Of a stretch of 64,000 bases of DNA, positions 61,068-64,000 are shown piece by piece (the first letter of the stretch is position 1; each line of letters begins with the position of its first letter). The DNA comes from a virus. The DNA lies in the IMG/VR virus record IMGVR_UViG_3300046804_002762, positions 1 through 64,000 of that record. One strand, written 5' to 3'. The translations under genes and the position numbers were made by a program. The notes under the pieces were generated by a model. That model was not told the DNA's origin, ran no database searches, and saw only the letters and a list, made by a program, of their open reading frames with translations.

Positions 61068-64000
61068 ATGACAGAAAAAAGAATTCAAATTAAGGACATT
61101 GTAAATAATCAACTTCCACAATATGTGAAAGAAGATTATCCTCTTGTTGCAGAATTTCTTAAACAGTATTATTTGTCTCAGGAATTTCCGGGTGGACCTG
61201 TAGATTTAATACAGAACATTGATAGGTATATAAAGGTAGATAATACCACAGAACTAGTAGATTATGTTCTTCTACAATCCGATATTTCTATCATAGAAGA
61301 AAATATATCAGTAGACTTTTTAAATTTTGAGCAAAATCAAATCGATTTTCCAGATAATTATGGATTAATATCAATAGATGATGAATTAATTTTATATGAA
61401 ACTAAAACTTTAACTGGGTTTGAAAAATGCTATAGGGGATTTAGTGGCATAATATCCCATAAGAATGTAAATGTTGGAATAGCCTCTACTTATAGTCTTC
61501 GCCCTTCCGATGAATTAATTTTCAAAAAATCGGAGGCATCTTCTCACAAATCCGGCACAAAAATTTATAATTTAAGTTCTTTATTTTTAAAAGAATTTTT
61601 ACTCAAATTAAAATACCAATTAACACCTGGGTTTGAGAATAGAAGTTTTGTCGAAAAGGCTAATGAAGCGACTATTATTAAACAAATAAAAGATTTTTAT
61701 AGAAGTAAAGGTACGGATCAATCGTTTAAAATTTTGTTTAGATCTCTATATGGTGAAGATGTAGAAGTAATACGTACAAAAGATTTTCTATTCAGACCAT
61801 CGGATGCTCAGTATAAAATAACAAATGATTTTATTGTAGAAAAAATATCTGGTCCTATAGAAAAGATCACTAATTTAACATTATTTCAAGATGAATATTT
61901 AAATATTCCAAAATCTTATGGTACTATAACTGAGCCTCTTGAGGAGATAGTTTCTGAAGATGGAAAAATATTTTATAAATTAAAGATTGATGGTGGGTAT
62001 AATAGAGACCTCATATATGATGGGTCTACCTATGGAAATTTTTCAGTGCATCCCAAAACTAGGGTTATTGGGAATTACAATATACAATCTACTTCAATAG
62101 ATGTAGATTCTACTGTAGGTTTTCCAAATAATGGAGAATTTTTAGTAACTTATGAGGATGGCACGCAGGGTGTAATTTTATACAATTCCAAAAGTTTAAC
62201 CCAGTTTATTGATTGTACTAATATTACAAAAAATATTTTAGATAATTCTATAATCTCGGTTAACACATATGCATATGCCAATACCGACGATGGCGAAGAA
62301 ATTAGAGTAAGAATTGTTTCCACTTTGAATAATCTAGATATTCCAGATGATAATACTTTGTTTAGTGAAGGAGACACTATAAAAATAAAAACACTCGGGT
62401 TTGAAGATGGAGATTCGAGATTAAATTCATGGTTATTTAATTTGCCTATTACTTATGATGTAGAGTCTTATAGTATATTTGATAATTTTGATAACACTTA
62501 TTCATTAACTTTAAAGGATAATCACACTTTAAAGGTTGGAGATACATTACAAATCATTGATAACTTAGGTAATACCAAACAATCCACTATAATTGATGTA
62601 ACTTCGGATAAAACTATTCTTATTGTGGGGCAAGGATTTTTGCCAGAAAGTTTGTATAAAATAAAGAGGAATATTTTAAAAGGAAAATCATCAAAATATT
62701 CATATATTGGAGAAATATCAACCAATATTCAAAACATTTACACAAATAAAAACAATGATATATTAATTGCTTCTCCTTCTATTCCATATTATCCAAACTG
62801 TGATTTGAATTTAAACAATAGATCTGTTTCTTTTTCCGGATCTTACAAATCTGGATCTACGATCTTTAAATTAACTTCTTCCACTGATCATGGATTTTAT
62901 ACGGGAGACAGTGTTTATTACACTCCAGAAAAGGAAACAATACAAACTAATGATATTGATGGAAATACAAATTCTTTTGAGATAATAGCATCCTCTTTGT
63001 TTGATGAAGGAATTTATTTTGTTAAAAGAATAGATAAAAATAATATTAAACTGGCAAAAAGTAAGTCTGATATCTTATATGAGAAATATGTATCACCTGA
63101 GGATGATGTCGTAATCAATGATAATAAAATAGAGTTTATAGAATTTAGTGGGAAAGAGATTAGATCTCAAAAATTATTAAGAGAAATTTCTAACCCAATT
63201 ATATCAGAAAAAAAAGAAACAACCATTCCCGGATTTACAGGAATTTTAATTAATGGTACAGAAATTTTAAATTATAAATCAAAAGATAAAATTATTTTTG
63301 GACCTATAGAAAAAATTGATGTAGTTTCTGGAGGATCTGATTATGATGTAATAAATCCACCAAAATTAATAATCTCAGACTCTGTAGGAAGCGGAGCTAC
63401 TGGACATTGCTCAGTTTCGGGATCTTTAAAAGAAATTCGCATATTGGATCCAGGTTTTGATTATTTGGAAGACCCTATTGTGCAAATTACAGGAGGAAAT
63501 GGAATTGGTGCGGTAGCCAAATGTAATACTAAATTAATTACACATAAATCAACATTTAATGCAGAAAAAGGATCTGGTTTGGTTGGAATTGGTAGTTCTA
63601 TTTCTACTGTAGGATTTTCTACTTACCATAAATTTAGAAATGGGGAAGAAGTAATATACAAAACTAACTCCCATAAGGCAGTTGGAGGATTATCAACAGA
63701 TTCTAAGTATTATATTTCCACAGTTTCGACAACAAAAATAAAATTACATAGGACATTAGGAGATGCTATTTCTGGAATAAACACGATAACACTGAGTGAT
63801 TATGGTATAGGAAATCATGATTTTGAATGTGTAAATAAAAAAAGAATTTTATCTTCTATAAGTGTAGAAAATTCTGGAAGTGGATATCAAAATAAAAAAA
63901 GAACTACTTCATATTCGGGCATTGACATTTCTTCAGATACAATAACAATAGAAAATCACGGGTTTCTTTCTGGAGAAATAATAAAATATACTACCACAGG
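61068..64000 (+). CDS. gp7: Baseplate wedge initiator, cyanophage gp7-like (3' partial)
   Basis: ATG 61068 'MTEKRIQIKDIVNNQLPQYVKEDYPLVAEFLKQYY..KDFYRSKGT..LFRSLYGE'. It follows gp6 and appears open to the window end. Confidence 0.8.
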   Translation, partial: MTEKRIQIKDIVNNQLPQYVKEDYPLVAEFLKQYYLSQEFPGGPVDLIQNIDRYIKVDNTTELVDYVLLQSDISIIEENISVDFLNFEQNQIDFPDNYGLISIDDELILYETKTLTGFEKCYRGFSGIISHKNVNVGIASTYSLRPSDELIFKKSEASSHKSGTKIYNLSSLFLKEFLLKLKYQLTPGFENRSFVEKANEATIIKQIKDFYRSKGTDQSFKILFRSLYGEDVEVIRTKDFLFRPSDAQYKITNDFIVEKISGPIEKITNLTLFQDEYLNIPKSYGTITEPLEEIVSEDGKIFYKLKIDGGYNRDLIYDGSTYGNFSVHPKTRVIGNYNIQSTSIDVDSTVGFPNNGEFLVTYEDGTQGVILYNSKSLTQFIDCTNITKNILDNSIISVNTYAYANTDDGEEIRVRIVSTLNNLDIPDDNTLFSEGDTIKIKTLGFEDGDSRLNSWLFNLPITYDVESYSIFDNFDNTYSLTLKDNHTLKVGDTLQIIDNLGNTKQSTIIDVTSDKTILIVGQGFLPESLYKIKRNILKGKSSKYSYIGEISTNIQNIYTNKNNDILIASPSIPYYPNCDLNLNNRSVSFSGSYKSGSTIFKLTSSTDHGFYTGDSVYYTPEKETIQTNDIDGNTNSFEIIASSLFDEGIYFVKRIDKNNIKLAKSKSDILYEKYVSPEDDVVINDNKIEFIEFSGKEIRSQKLLREISNPIISEKKETTIPGFTGILINGTEILNYKSKDKIIFGPIEKIDVVSGGSDYDVINPPKLIISDSVGSGATGHCSVSGSLKEIRILDPGFDYLEDPIVQITGGNGIGAVAKCNTKLITHKSTFNAEKGSGLVGIGSSISTVGFSTYHKFRNGEEVIYKTNSHKAVGGLSTDSKYYISTVSTTKIKLHRTLGDAISGINTITLSDYGIGNHDFECVNKKRILSSISVENSGSGYQNKKRTTSYSGIDISSDTITIENHGFLSGEIIKYTTT

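Overview
Segment of a large T4-like (Kyanoviridae-type, probably freshwater) cyanomyovirus genome, almost entirely coded on the + strand. The 1-15.4 kb region holds the 3' end of a tail-fibre gene with a peptidase-S74 chaperone, three RCC1-repeat proteins and a late-promoter-driven cluster of glycosyl-, methyl- and sulfotransferases. The 15.4-37.5 kb region is a dense run of small unknown ORFs behind sigma70-like promoters that share an upstream AA(C/G)TG(G/T)CACA box. The 37.7-55.8 kb region is a hypervariable, early-type region punctuated by 16 copies of a 35-bp intergenic repeat (consensus TAACTCTGGGGCCTTGAAAGTGTCCCTATAGTATG) that cuts it into gene cassettes, including an SF2 helicase, a candidate nuclease-MTase pair and a KxDG protein. 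The 56-64 kb region holds conserved cyanophage genes and baseplate wedge genes gp25, gp6 and gp7 (partial). Several homing endonuclease genes (HEGs) and remnants are present, four of them behind a shared 'late promoter / hairpin / terminator / late promoter / complementary leader' module. A diverged ~121-bp element occurs twice in inverted orientation (40.7 and 50.2 kb). I saw no tRNA, rRNA, CRISPR array, integrase or RNA polymerase. All calls come from reading the sequence by eye and no database searches were run.
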